64,000 bases of DNA from Solirubrobacteraceae bacterium (lineage in GTDB: Bacteria > Actinomycetota > Thermoleophilia > Solirubrobacterales > Solirubrobacteraceae): positions 4,978 through 68,977 of the forward strand of contig DATJOF010000016.1 in assembly GCA_035507415.1 (NCBI GenBank). The letters are read 5' to 3'. This document shows, piece after piece, positions 30,199 through 39,813 of the stretch (position 1 is its first letter; each line of letters starts with the position of its first letter). Under the pieces are notes generated by a model, which did not search any database, was not told where the DNA came from, and worked only from the letters and a program-made list of their open reading frames with translations. The translations under genes and the position numbers were made by a program.

Positions 30199-31265
30199 GC
30201 GCCGCCGGGCGCGGTTACGGTCATCCGGATGATGACCATCGTTCTCAGCATGGCCGGCCGGATGCCGGCCAGAGCGCCGCCGGGCGCGGTCACGGTCATC
30301 CGGATGATGACCATCGTTCTCAGCATGGCCGGCCGGATGCCGGCCAGAGCACTTCCTTCTGCGGCCTGGAGCTTGCGCACCCGATCATCAACGGCTCGGG
30401 GACGTTCGACGCGATCGCGGCGCGGCGCGCGTTCGGCGCCGAGCTCGACGCGGCCTTCCCGTTCGCGGCGTTCGTCTCGAAGACGATCACGCTGCGCCCG
30501 CGTGCGGGCAATCCACCGCCGCGCTTGTGGGAGGCGCCCGCGGGCCTGATCAACTCGATCGGACTGCCGAACAAGGGGCTCGAGCGCTACATCGCCGAGG
30601 ATCTTCCCGAGCTGGCGCGATTGCCCGTGCCGCTGATCACGAACGTGATGGGCGCGAGCGCCGCGGAGCTCGTCGAGCTCGTGACCGCCTGCGACGAGCC
30701 CTCACAGATCGCCGCGATCGAGCTGAACGTGTCCTGCCCGAACGTGCAGACGGGCCTCGACATCGGCTCGGATCCCCGCCTGCTCGGCGAGGTCGTGGAC
30801 GCGGTTCGCGCGCACACGGTCAAGCCGTTGATAGTGAAGCTGACACCGAACACCGACGACGTGGCGGGCTGCGCTGCAGCGGCCGAGCAGGCCGGAGCAG
30901 ACGCGGTGTCGCTGATCAACACCCTGCGAGCGCTGGCGCTCGCGCCGCGCGCGGACGGTGGCAGATCGCGCCGGTGGCTGGGGGCCGGCACGGGCGGCCT
31001 GTCCGGTCCGGCGATCCGCGCGATCGCGCTCGCGCAGGTGGCGATCGTCGCCGAGCATGTTGCGATTCCGGTGATCGGAATGGGCGGCGTCCAAAATGCC
31101 GGGCATGCGAGGGACCTGCTCGACGCCGGAGCCAAGCTGGTGGCCGTCGGCACCGAGAGCTTCAGAAATCCTGCGGTAGGAGCGGAGATCGCCCAGGGCC
31201 TGTGCGCTGATCGTGATTCGGGACAGACGGACCGCGCGGCTTACCCGTCTCTTCGCTCGAATTAA
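30195..31265 (+). CDS. pyrD: Dihydroorotate dehydrogenase (class 1B) with a duplicated 25-aa N-terminal extension
   Basis: NGSGTF, NSIGLPNKG, ELNVSCPN, KLTPN, LINT, GGLSG and GMGG motifs; ATG overlaps the pyrK stop. Confidence 0.93.
   Translation: MSAAGRGYGHPDDDHRSQHGRPDAGQSAAGRGHGHPDDDHRSQHGRPDAGQSTSFCGLELAHPIINGSGTFDAIAARRAFGAELDAAFPFAAFVSKTITLRPRAGNPPPRLWEAPAGLINSIGLPNKGLERYIAEDLPELARLPVPLITNVMGASAAELVELVTACDEPSQIAAIELNVSCPNVQTGLDIGSDPRLLGEVVDAVRAHTVKPLIVKLTPNTDDVAGCAAAAEQAGADAVSLINTLRALALAPRADGGRSRRWLGAGTGGLSGPAIRAIALAQVAIVAEHVAIPVIGMGGVQNAGHARDLLDAGAKLVAVGTESFRNPAVGAEIAQGLCADRDSGQTDRAAYPSLRSN
30198..30350 (+). repeat. 75-bp in-frame tandem duplication (2 copies, one mismatch) immediately after the pyrD ATG
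   Basis: Units start at 30198 and 30273. Confidence 0.95.
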
Positions 31266-31390
31266 AAACCCCTGCAAAAGCCCCATGCCACCGTCCAGGA
31301 GCCTCGATACGCCTGAACCTCGAGTTGAGCTAGAGCTGAATTGGGTACTTGCCCTTGATCGAGGCGTCCCGCCGTGTAGACTCGCCGCCC

Positions 31391-31735
31391 ATGGCGCTGG
31401 CGACCGAGACAACTCCCGCCAAACAGCTCGTCGCTCCTGAGCGGTCGCTCAACCAACGCATGGACGCGCTCGCGCGCGCCAACCTGATCCGCACCAAGCG
31501 CGCCCAGCTGAAGCGCGATCTGAAGGCCGGCCGGCGTTCGATCCACGCGCTGTTGCTCAACCCGCCGGAGTATCTGGAGACGGCGAAGGTCTTCGACATG
31601 CTGCTTGCCGTGCCCAAGTACGGACGCGTCAAGGTCAACAAGATCCTCGCTCACTGCCGGATCTCCCCGAGCAAGACGATCGGCGGCCTGTCCGAGCGCC
31701 AGCGCTCTGAGCTCGTCAGCCTGCTGCGTCGCTGA
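31391..31735 (+). CDS. mihF: Actinobacterial integration host factor (mIHF/sIHF, H2TH fold)
   Basis: ALARAN..R.KRAQLKRDLK.G...VPKYGRVK...KTIGGLSERQR; canonical position before gmk. Confidence 0.92.
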   Translation: MALATETTPAKQLVAPERSLNQRMDALARANLIRTKRAQLKRDLKAGRRSIHALLLNPPEYLETAKVFDMLLAVPKYGRVKVNKILAHCRISPSKTIGGLSERQRSELVSLLRR

Positions 31736-31897
31736 CGCACGACCCGATGGACTGCAAGGGCGGGGCGGGCCTGGCTCGCGGCCGGCCGGCGGTCGGATGC
31801 GTGCGGTCAGTCGGCAAACGCCCGCCCGAGCCTCGGGCGGCTCCGGCCCGCCGAGCCCTCGGGCGGCTCCGCCGCGCGCGCGACTAACTTCCGTGGC

Positions 31898-32452
31898 GTG
31901 GCTCGAGTATTCGTGATCACCGGCCCTTCGGGAGTCGGCAAGGGGACGCTGATCAGGGGGCTGATGGAGCAGTTGCCGCAGCTCGCGCTGTCCGTCTCGG
32001 CCACCACGCGCGCCCCTCGTCCAGGCGAGCAGGACGGCGTCGACTACCACTTCCTCACCCGCGAGGCGTTCGATCGCAGCGTGCGCTGCGGCGAGTTCGT
32101 CGAGCACGCCGACTACGCGGGGCGCAGCTACGGGACGCTGCGCAGCGAGCTGCAGGAGCGCATCGAGCGGGGCATCCCCGTGGTGCTCGAGATCGAGGTT
32201 CAGGGCGCCAGGCAGGTACGCGCAGCGATGCCGGACGCCGTGCAGGTATTCATCGCGCCACCCTCGCTCGAGGCCCTGCGCACACGCCTCGTGGGCCGCG
32301 GGACCGACGACAGCGACGAGGTCCAGCGCCGGCTCAGTGTCGCCGAGCAGGAGCTGCAAGCGCAGCCCGAGTTCGAGCATGTGGTGGTCAACGATCGTCT
32401 CGACGATGCGTTGCAGGAGTTGGCCGGGATCGTACGGGGCGAGCTGGACTGA
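31898..32452 (+). CDS. gmk: Guanylate kinase
   Basis: GPSGVGKGT, SATTRAPRPGE and YGT motifs. Confidence 0.97.
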   Translation: MARVFVITGPSGVGKGTLIRGLMEQLPQLALSVSATTRAPRPGEQDGVDYHFLTREAFDRSVRCGEFVEHADYAGRSYGTLRSELQERIERGIPVVLEIEVQGARQVRAAMPDAVQVFIAPPSLEALRTRLVGRGTDDSDEVQRRLSVAEQELQAQPEFEHVVVNDRLDDALQELAGIVRGELD

Positions 32453-32605
32453 CCGACGGGCCCCGGCCACAGCAGGCGAGGCTCGGCCGCAGGCTGGACT
32501 GACGGATGAGGCCCGGCCACAGGAGGCGACGCGTGGCCGCAGGCTGGACTAACCGACGGGCCCCGGCCACCGGAGGCGAGGCTGGGCCGCAGGCCGGACC
32601 GACGG
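32443..32605 (+). repeat. 50-bp tandem repeat (~3.2 degenerate copies) starting at the gmk stop codon
   Basis: gc(t/c)ggac at 32443, 32493, 32543 and 32593; ggccgcagg recurs. Confidence 0.9.
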
Positions 32606-32642
32606 ATTCAGACCCCCCGGGTACAGAGCTCGGCCACCGAGC

Positions 32643-32676
32643 TACGTGCGTACGCGCGCACGCGCGCGTACGCACG
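32643..32676. repeat. 34-bp alternating purine/pyrimidine tract containing a 13-bp inverted repeat
   Basis: tacgtgcgtacgcgcgcacgcgcgcgtacgcacg; arms 32647-32659 and 32662-32674. Confidence 0.85.
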
Positions 32677-32766
32677 GCGCGAGACTTGGGCGCTCGCGAG
32701 AGCGGGTGGGGGCCGAGGTCGTCAGCCGACTACAATCGCTGGACACCCAAGAAAGGCACCACACAA

Positions 32767-32994
32767 GTGATCTCTCCCCGCATCGACAGGCTGCTGCAGA
32801 ACGTCGACTCCAACTACGCCAGCGTGCTGGTGGCGGCCAAGCGCGCGCGCCAGATCAACAGCTACTACCACAACCTCGGAGAGGGGGCGTTCGACGAGTT
32901 TCCGCCGCCGATGGTCGATACGGCGTCCAAGAACTACCTCACGATTGCCCTCGAGGAGGTAGCCGCCGGGAAGCTGAAGTACCACTACCGCTGA
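32767..32994 (+). CDS. rpoZ: RNA polymerase omega subunit
   Basis: PRIDRLL..VDSNYASVLVAAKRARQIN...IALEE; -10 TACAAT at 32731; RBS aaagg. Confidence 0.95.
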   Translation: MISPRIDRLLQNVDSNYASVLVAAKRARQINSYYHNLGEGAFDEFPPPMVDTASKNYLTIALEEVAAGKLKYHYR

Positions 32995-33065
32995 GCCGGT
33001 CGGCGGCGCGCAACTGCGCGCGCGCGACTTGCCAGCCGTCGCGGCGGGCTCTAAACCTGTAGGCC

Positions 33066-34355
33066 ATGTCCCGAATCCTGCTCGGCGTGAGCGGCGGCGT
33101 CGCCGCTTACAAGGCACTCGAGCTCGTACGCTTGGCGAGCGCTGCCGGACACTCGCTGCGGGTCGTGCAGACGCCAACGAGCCGGCGATTCGTGGGCCCG
33201 GCTTCGTTCGCCGCGCTCACCGGCGCCCCCGTCCTGGCCAGCGAGTTCGAACGCGACCCCGCGCGCGGCGCGTTCCCCGGCCAGCGCCCGCCCGAGCACG
33301 AACCGCTCGGTCATTTGGAGCTGGTGGCGAACGCCGATGTTTACGTGATCGCGCCGGCGACCGCCAACACGATCGCCAAGCTGGCGCACGGCCTGGCCGA
33401 CAACCTGCTCGGCAGCTGTGCGCTGGCCGCCACCTGCCCGCTGGTGCTGGCGCCTGCGATGAACAACCGTATGTACGAGCATCCCGCCACGCAGGCGAAT
33501 CTGCGCGCGCTCGCCGAGCGGGGCGTGGTGGTGGTCGAGCCGGACACCGGCCGGCTGGCCTCGCACGGTGAGCAGGGCGTTGGCCGCCTGGCCGAGCCCG
33601 CGCGCATCCTGGCCGTCTGCGAGGCGACGTTGGCGGGAGCAGGCGGCGAGGTCGCCGCGTCCGACGGCTCAGCCGCTGTCGCGAGCGGAGCCGATCGTCG
33701 CTGGGGCGACCTGAAGGTGCTGGTCACCGCGGGCGGGACCCGCGAGCCGATCGACAGTGTCAGGTTCCTCGGCAACAGCTCGTCGGGACGCATGGGCCTG
33801 GCGCTGGCGAGCGCGGCGATGGCGCGGGGGGCGCAGGTCACGGTGGTCGCCGCCAACGTCGCGCTGGCGCCCGTCCCGGGGGCTGTGTGGTGCGAGGTCG
33901 CCACGGCCGCCGAGCTGCAGCAGGCGTGCGAGCGCGAGTTTCCCGCCTGCGATGTCCTGCTGATGGCGGCGGCCGTCGCCGACTTTCGACCCAAGGCGGC
34001 GCGCGAGGGCAAGATCAAGAAGCACGAGCACGCCCGCCTCGAGCTCGAGCTCGAACCGACCGCCGATGTGCTGGCCGGGCTGTCCGGGCGCCGGCGCAAC
34101 GGCCAGACGCTCGTCGGCTTCGCCGCCGAGCACGGCCCGGACGGACTCGCGCAGGCCGAGCGCAAGCTCCGCGACAAGCGACTGGACGCGCTCGTGGTCA
34201 ACGACATCTCACGCGCGGACATCGGCTTTGGCGCCGAGCACAACGAGGTCGCGATCCTGACGGCGCGCGGGCGCGATCAGATTCCGCGCGCTGCCAAGCA
34301 CGTCATCGCCGAGGCGATTCTCGACACGGTTGCGCGCCTGCGCGCCGAGCACTGA
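33066..34355 (+). CDS. coaBC: Phosphopantothenoylcysteine decarboxylase/ligase
   Basis: GGVAAYKA, APATAN, PAMN, TAGGTREPIDSVRF.GN.SSG.MG, AAVAD and GFAAE motifs. Confidence 0.96.
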   Translation: MSRILLGVSGGVAAYKALELVRLASAAGHSLRVVQTPTSRRFVGPASFAALTGAPVLASEFERDPARGAFPGQRPPEHEPLGHLELVANADVYVIAPATANTIAKLAHGLADNLLGSCALAATCPLVLAPAMNNRMYEHPATQANLRALAERGVVVVEPDTGRLASHGEQGVGRLAEPARILAVCEATLAGAGGEVAASDGSAAVASGADRRWGDLKVLVTAGGTREPIDSVRFLGNSSSGRMGLALASAAMARGAQVTVVAANVALAPVPGAVWCEVATAAELQQACEREFPACDVLLMAAAVADFRPKAAREGKIKKHEHARLELELEPTADVLAGLSGRRRNGQTLVGFAAEHGPDGLAQAERKLRDKRLDALVVNDISRADIGFGAEHNEVAILTARGRDQIPRAAKHVIAEAILDTVARLRAEH

Positions 34356-34407
34356 GCCCCGGTCGGGCGCAGCGCACCGCCAACGGCCGCCCTAAAGTAG
34401 GCACAGC

Positions 34408-34776
34408 ATGGAAAGCGTGTACGACCTCTACCGCAGGGGCTGTGAGCTGCTCGAGCACGGCGATCACCAGGCCGCGATCGTGCCCTTGAGCAGGGCTCGC
34501 AACCTCGAGCCGGACAAGGCGTCGATCCGCGAGGCGCTCGGCCGGGCGCTGTTTCACGCCAGGCTGTACGAGAGCGCGGCCGCCGAGTTCGAGGCCGTGG
34601 CGGCGGGCGCTCCGACCAACGACTACGCGCTCTTCTGCCTGGGCCGCTCGATGCAGCTGCTCGGCCGCCACCGCGAGGCCTGTCAGCCGCTGGCGCTGGC
34701 GTGCTCGCTGCGTCCCGACCGCGAGGACTACAGGCGCTACCGCGATCGTGCGCGGCGCGCCGCGCACGGCGACTGA
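34408..34776 (+). CDS. Small tetratricopeptide-repeat protein
   Basis: TPR-like helices (A..L.P...SIREALGRALF; P.NDYALFCLGRS). Confidence 0.85.
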   Translation: MESVYDLYRRGCELLEHGDHQAAIVPLSRARNLEPDKASIREALGRALFHARLYESAAAEFEAVAAGAPTNDYALFCLGRSMQLLGRHREACQPLALACSLRPDREDYRRYRDRARRAAHGD

Positions 34777-34935
34777 CGCGGGCGCCGATCGGCTGCCTGC
34801 CCGGCCAGTCCGAACCGGCGCTGCACCCTGTGACCCTCGCGCAGGCCGGTTGCGCTCCGCGGTGAAGCTCGGCAAGGGTCCGTTGGGCCGTCTCGTGCAG
34901 CGCTCGTGACGCTCGCCACCATGCCGCCCTGCCGC

Positions 34936-35018
34936 TGCTATCCTCGCAGGAGAGCTTTCGTGCCGGTGTGAAGGATGCCGGCTGCAGTGCCGAGAGTGGG
35001 CGCCGGCCCGCTTTTTTT
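34936..35018 (+). promoter_or_regulatory. rimP-nusA-infB operon promoter and leader terminator (rimP leader-like attenuator)
   Basis: Extended -10 TGcTATCCT (34936-34944); agagtggg-cgccgg-cccgcttttttt hairpin with U7 tract ~70 nt before rimP. Confidence 0.8.
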
Positions 35019-35090
35019 ACGCCAGGACCAGGCTCGCAAGGACTCAGGGAGACCGCCCAGGCACCACCACGAAGGAGTAAGCACGACCCG

Positions 35091-35651
35091 ATGACAACGC
35101 TGCAGGCGGATATCGAAGGACGGCTCGCCGCGAGCGAGCCCGAGGTCGAGGTGCTGCTCGCCGAGGTGGTCGGCGGGCGCCGGCTGCGAGTGTTCATCGA
35201 TCATCCCGAGGGGGTCACGCTCGGCCTGTGTGAACGCGTGAGCGGCGCTCTGAACGAGCTGCGCGAGCGCTACTCACTCGAGGTCTCCTCGCCGGGCGCG
35301 GAACGGCCGCTGACCAAGCCCGCGCACTTCCGCCGCTTCGTCGGGCGCCGCGTGAGGGTGCGCACCCGCACGCCCGTCACGGGCCCGGCGCGGCGACAGG
35401 CGCCCGCGGGTTCGCGCCCCCGGCGGAGGGTCGCGGCCGCGGAGGCCGTGCTCGGCAGCGCGCGGACCACACCGGCCGAAACCGTCGCCGAACGTCTCGC
35501 CGAACCCGCGAGCGCTGGCGCGCGGGCCACCAAGAGCTTCACCGGCGAGCTGGTGGGAGCCTCCGAGCGCGAGGTCACCTTGGCCGCCGACGAGGGGGTC
35601 GTGACGATCCCCTACACCGAGATACGTCGTTCGAACCTCGTCGAGGAGTAG
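35091..35651 (+). CDS. rimP: Ribosome maturation factor RimP (with low-complexity insertion)
   Basis: LRVFID...CERVS...YSLEVSSPGAERPL; RBS aaggag. Confidence 0.93.
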   Translation: MTTLQADIEGRLAASEPEVEVLLAEVVGGRRLRVFIDHPEGVTLGLCERVSGALNELRERYSLEVSSPGAERPLTKPAHFRRFVGRRVRVRTRTPVTGPARRQAPAGSRPRRRVAAAEAVLGSARTTPAETVAERLAEPASAGARATKSFTGELVGASEREVTLAADEGVVTIPYTEIRRSNLVEE

Positions 35652-35657
35652 ATAGAT

Positions 35658-37196
35658 ATGTCACGCGAGATTCTGGAGGCGATGCACGCGCTGGCGCGTG
35701 AGAAGGGCATCGAGCCCGAGAAGCTGATGGTCGCGCTCGAGGACGCGCTGCTGTCCGCGTACAAGAAGCAGCCCGGCTCGGCCAAGTACGCGCGCGTGGA
35801 GATGGATCGCGAGACGGCCGACTTCCGCGTGATCGAACTGATCATCCCCGAGCGCCTGGAGGCACATCTGATCGTCGAGACGATCGACGAGGAAACCACG
35901 ATCGATCCCGAGACCGGCGAGATGCGCGAACCCGAGGAACCGGAAATCGACCCCGCCAAGTTCGCGGAATACCGCGACCAGATCGACGAGCGCGACGTCA
36001 CCCCCGACGACTTCGGCAGGATCGCGGCGCAGACGGCCAAGCAGGTGATCCTGCAGCGCATTCGCGAGGCCGAGCGCGACATGATGTACGAGGAATACCG
36101 CGATCGCGTGGGCGAGCTGATCACCGGCATCGTGCAGCAGTCGGACTCGCGCTACACGCTCGTGCAGCTGCGCGAACGCGTCGAGGCGCTGCTGCCGAAG
36201 TCCGAGCAGGTGGACGGCGAGCGCTACGACCACTCGCAGCGGATCAAGGCCGTCATCAAGGAGGTCTCGCCCTCGACCAAGGGCCCGTCGATCATCGTCT
36301 CGCGACGCGATCCCGAGCTGATCAAGAAGCTGTTCGAGCTCGAGGTGCCCGAGATCGCGGACGGGCTCGTCGAGATCGCCAACGTCGCACGCGAGCCCGG
36401 ATATCGCTCGAAGATCGCGGTCGTGTCGCACACCGACGGCGTGGACCCGGTCGGCGCGTGTGTCGGGCCGCGCGGCTCGCGTGTGCGCATGGTCGTCTCC
36501 GAGCTGCGCGGCGAGAAGATCGACATCATCCCGCACAACGACGAGCCGGCGCGGTTCGTCGCCAAGGCGCTGTCGCCCGCGCGCGTGCGCGAGGTGCTGG
36601 TCGACGACGAGGCCAAGCAGGCGACCGTGATCGTTCCCGACGATCAGCTGTCGCTGGCGATCGGGCGCGAAGGACAGAATGCCCGCCTGGCGGCGCGCCT
36701 GACCGGCTGGCGCGTGGACATCCGCTCGGAGACCGAGTTCGCCGCCGAGGAGGCCGAGCACGCCTACGAGGAGGAGGATCTCGGAGGCCGCTGCGCGGCG
36801 ATCCTGTCAAACGGCAGGCGCTGCCCCAATGCCGCGCTGGCGGGATCGCGCTACTGCGGTCTGGAGACCCATCAGGCGCTGGCCGCGATCGGCAGCGACA
36901 AGGTCGCCGACCTCAACGCGCCCGGCGCTGCGGACAGCGCGCCGGAGGGTGCCTCTGCGGCAGCGGAAGACGAACAACAGGTCGTCGAGCGCGTGCGCGA
37001 CGGCGAGCCCGACGAGGCTCCGCCGGCGGGGGAGCCGGATGCGGCGGCCCCGGACGGCGAGCGGGCACAGCCCGCGACGGACAACGGCATCGACGATGGC
37101 TTGCAGCCCGGTGAGCCCGCGATCCATCTGGCAGACGACGGCGAGGCGAGCGTCGCCCCCGGGGCGGCTCCTGCTGAGCTGCAGGACGGCCCGTAG
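35658..37196 (+). CDS. nusA: Transcription termination/antitermination factor NusA with a C-terminal CCCH motif and acidic tail
   Basis: FGRIAAQTAKQVI, AREPG.RSKIAV, DPVGACVGPRG and AIGREGQNARLA motifs. Confidence 0.97.
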   Translation: MSREILEAMHALAREKGIEPEKLMVALEDALLSAYKKQPGSAKYARVEMDRETADFRVIELIIPERLEAHLIVETIDEETTIDPETGEMREPEEPEIDPAKFAEYRDQIDERDVTPDDFGRIAAQTAKQVILQRIREAERDMMYEEYRDRVGELITGIVQQSDSRYTLVQLRERVEALLPKSEQVDGERYDHSQRIKAVIKEVSPSTKGPSIIVSRRDPELIKKLFELEVPEIADGLVEIANVAREPGYRSKIAVVSHTDGVDPVGACVGPRGSRVRMVVSELRGEKIDIIPHNDEPARFVAKALSPARVREVLVDDEAKQATVIVPDDQLSLAIGREGQNARLAARLTGWRVDIRSETEFAAEEAEHAYEEEDLGGRCAAILSNGRRCPNAALAGSRYCGLETHQALAAIGSDKVADLNAPGAADSAPEGASAAAEDEQQVVERVRDGEPDEAPPAGEPDAAAPDGERAQPATDNGIDDGLQPGEPAIHLADDGEASVAPGAAPAELQDGP

Positions 37197-37209
37197 AATC
37201 GGTGAGCGT

Positions 37210-39762
37210 ATGAGCAAGAAGCGCGTTCACGAGATCGCCAGGGAGCACGGACTAGCCAGCAAGGAGCTGTTGGAAAGGCTGAAGGCCGCCGGTGTCGAGG
37301 CCAAGACCGCCTCGTCCTCGGTCGAGGAGGCCCTCGCGCTGAAGGCGCTCGGCAACGGCGGGTCGGCTGTGGCCGTGGCCGGCGAGGCTGCCCGATCGAG
37401 CTCCAACGGCGCCGACCGAGGCGCCGCCCAGGCCACCGCAGGTCGCGACCGAGGCACGGGTCCCGGCGCCCGCGCCGACGGCAACGCGCAGGCGCAGACA
37501 ACCGCGCCCGGGTCTGCCGCCGCGCCCCAGTCTGCCGCCGCGCCCACGGGTTCGCGGGCACCAAGCGCTGAGACGCAGGCACACCCCGGCGCCGAGACGG
37601 CGGCGCAGCCGAATGCTGAGACGGACGCGCGAACCAGCGCAGCCGCCGGCGCGGCTCTCGGACAGGCCACGACCGCCGCGAGCCCGATGCCGAGCGCGAC
37701 GACGGCCGCGCCGCCGGCGCCGTCCGCACCACAACAGCCACCGGCCGCGACGCCGGGACAACCGGCCGCCGGTGCCGCCGGTCCCGAGCGCGTACGCCCG
37801 ACGCGCGACTCGCGCACCGGCGAGCGCGCGCCCGGAGGCACGCCGGGCGGGCGCCGGCGCGTGGTGATCGACTCGCAGGCGTCGCGTCGCCAGCAGGGCG
37901 GGCCGGCCAATCAGCCCCAGCGCCGGCCACGGCGCGGCCGGCGCCGGCGCGGCACCTACGACGAGACGATCGCCCCGATCGACACGGCGGCGATGGAGGC
38001 CACCGACCTGATCCGCGTCAACTCGGGCTCGACAGTGAAGGACGTGGCCGAGTATCTGGGCACGCCCGTGCCGGAGGTGATCAAGAAGCTGATGGGCCTC
38101 GGCGAGATGGCGACGCTCACGCAGACGCTGTCCGATGAGGCGATTCAGGTGCTGGCCGAGGAGTTCGACAAGCAGATCGAGATCGTGCACGCCGCCGACG
38201 ACGTCGAGGTCGAGCAGACGTTCGAGGACGCCGAGACGGATCTCGTCGAACGCCCGCCCGTGGTGACGATCATGGGCCACGTCGACCACGGCAAGACCTC
38301 GCTGCTGGATGCGATCCGCGAGACCGAGGTGGCCGCGGGCGAGGCGGGCGGGATCACACAGCACATCGGCGCCTATCAGGTGCATCACGGCGGCAAGGAG
38401 GTCACGTTCCTCGACACGCCCGGCCACGAGGCGTTCACCGCGATGCGCGCCCGCGGCGCGCGCGTCACCGACCTGGCGGTGATCGTGGTGGCGGCTGACG
38501 ACGGGGTCAAGCCGCAGACCGAGGAGGCGATCGACCACGCCAAGGCGGCCGATGTCCCGATCGTGGTGGCTGTCAACAAGATCGACAAGGAGGGCGCCCA
38601 GCCCGAGCGCGTGCGCACCGAGATGACCCAGCACGGTCTGCAGCCCTCGGAGTGGGGCGGAGAGATCGAGTTCGTCGACGTCAGCGCCAAGACCCGGCAG
38701 GGCCTCGACTCGTTGCTGGACACGATCCAGGTGGTGACCGACCTCGAGGAGCTGCGCGCCAACAGCGACGCGCCGGCATCGGGAACCGTGATCGAGTCGA
38801 AGCTCGACCCGGGCCGCGGGCCGGTCGTGAGCGTGCTGATCCAGCGCGGGACGCTGCACGTCGGCGATGCGCTCGTCGCCGGGGCGAGCTTCGGGCGCGT
38901 GCGCGCGATGAGCGACTTCACCGGGGCGCGCGTCAAGCGCGCGACGCCGGGTCAGCCGGTCGAGGTGCTCGGCTTCGACGGGGTGCCCGAGGCCGGCGAG
39001 CTGGTGCGGGCGGTCGAGAACGAGCGGCGCGCGCGTCAGCTGGCGGGAGAGCGCGCCAACCGTCTGAAGACCGAGGCGCTGGCACGGCGCTCGGGGCGCA
39101 AGATCTCGCTCGAAGACGTCTTCAAGCTGGCCCAGGAGGGCGCCGTCAAGGAGCTCGGCCTGGTCGTCAAGGCCGACGTCGCGGGCTCGCTCGAGGCGAT
39201 CGAGGACGAGATCGCCAAGCTGCCTCAGGAGGAGGTCAAGGTCAACCTGATCCACCGCGGCGTCGGCGGCATCAACGAGTCCGACGTGATGCTGGCGGCC
39301 GCCTCGCAGGGGCTGATCCTGGCGTTCAACGTGCGCCCGGTCGGCGAAGCGCGCCAGGCCGCCGAACGCGAGGGCGTCGAGATTCGCTCGTACTCGGTGA
39401 TCTATCGCGCGATCGAGGAGCTGCGCGCCGCGATGCAGGGCATGCTCGAGCCGACCGAGGTCGAGACGCCGCTCGGCCAGGCCGAGGTGCGCCAGCTGTT
39501 CCGAGCCTCGCGGATCGGCACGATCGCCGGCTCGTACGTGACCGAGGGCAAGATCGTGCGCGGTGCCAAGACGCGCGTGGTGCGCGACGGCACGGTGATC
39601 CAGGACACGACGATCGGGAGCCTGCGTCGCTTCAACGAGGATGTACGCGAAGTGGCCGCCGGATACGAGTGCGGAATCGTGCTCGCCAACTTCCAGGACC
39701 TGCGTGAGGGCGACATCCTCGAGGCGTACGAGACGCGCCTGCAAGAGCGCGAACTGTCCTGA
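37210..39762 (+). CDS. infB: Translation initiation factor IF-2
   Basis: [11 protein letters not shown]-terminus; [27 protein letters not shown] and NKID motifs. Confidence 0.98.
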   Translation: MSKKRVHEIAREHGLASKELLERLKAAGVEAKTASSSVEEALALKALGNGGSAVAVAGEAARSSSNGADRGAAQATAGRDRGTGPGARADGNAQAQTTAPGSAAAPQSAAAPTGSRAPSAETQAHPGAETAAQPNAETDARTSAAAGAALGQATTAASPMPSATTAAPPAPSAPQQPPAATPGQPAAGAAGPERVRPTRDSRTGERAPGGTPGGRRRVVIDSQASRRQQGGPANQPQRRPRRGRRRRGTYDETIAPIDTAAMEATDLIRVNSGSTVKDVAEYLGTPVPEVIKKLMGLGEMATLTQTLSDEAIQVLAEEFDKQIEIVHAADDVEVEQTFEDAETDLVERPPVVTIMGHVDHGKTSLLDAIRETEVAAGEAGGITQHIGAYQVHHGGKEVTFLDTPGHEAFTAMRARGARVTDLAVIVVAADDGVKPQTEEAIDHAKAADVPIVVAVNKIDKEGAQPERVRTEMTQHGLQPSEWGGEIEFVDVSAKTRQGLDSLLDTIQVVTDLEELRANSDAPASGTVIESKLDPGRGPVVSVLIQRGTLHVGDALVAGASFGRVRAMSDFTGARVKRATPGQPVEVLGFDGVPEAGELVRAVENERRARQLAGERANRLKTEALARRSGRKISLEDVFKLAQEGAVKELGLVVKADVAGSLEAIEDEIAKLPQEEVKVNLIHRGVGGINESDVMLAAASQGLILAFNVRPVGEARQAAEREGVEIRSYSVIYRAIEELRAAMQGMLEPTEVETPLGQAEVRQLFRASRIGTIAGSYVTEGKIVRGAKTRVVRDGTVIQDTTIGSLRRFNEDVREVAAGYECGIVLANFQDLREGDILEAYETRLQERELS

Positions 39763-39813
39763 GATCGATGACTTTGCAGGCACCTGTCCGTCGCCGGATC
39801 GCGACCGGATAGG

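Noticed and set aside
31270-31280. cctgcaaa-like motif also near 39774 and 53508
   Set aside because: Too short and too few occurrences to distinguish from chance without a genome-wide count.
39768-39812. 14-codon ORF MTLQAPVRRRIATG between infB and rbfA
   Set aside because: Too short to support; no RBS or motif. It may be chance in the slot where DUF503 often sits.
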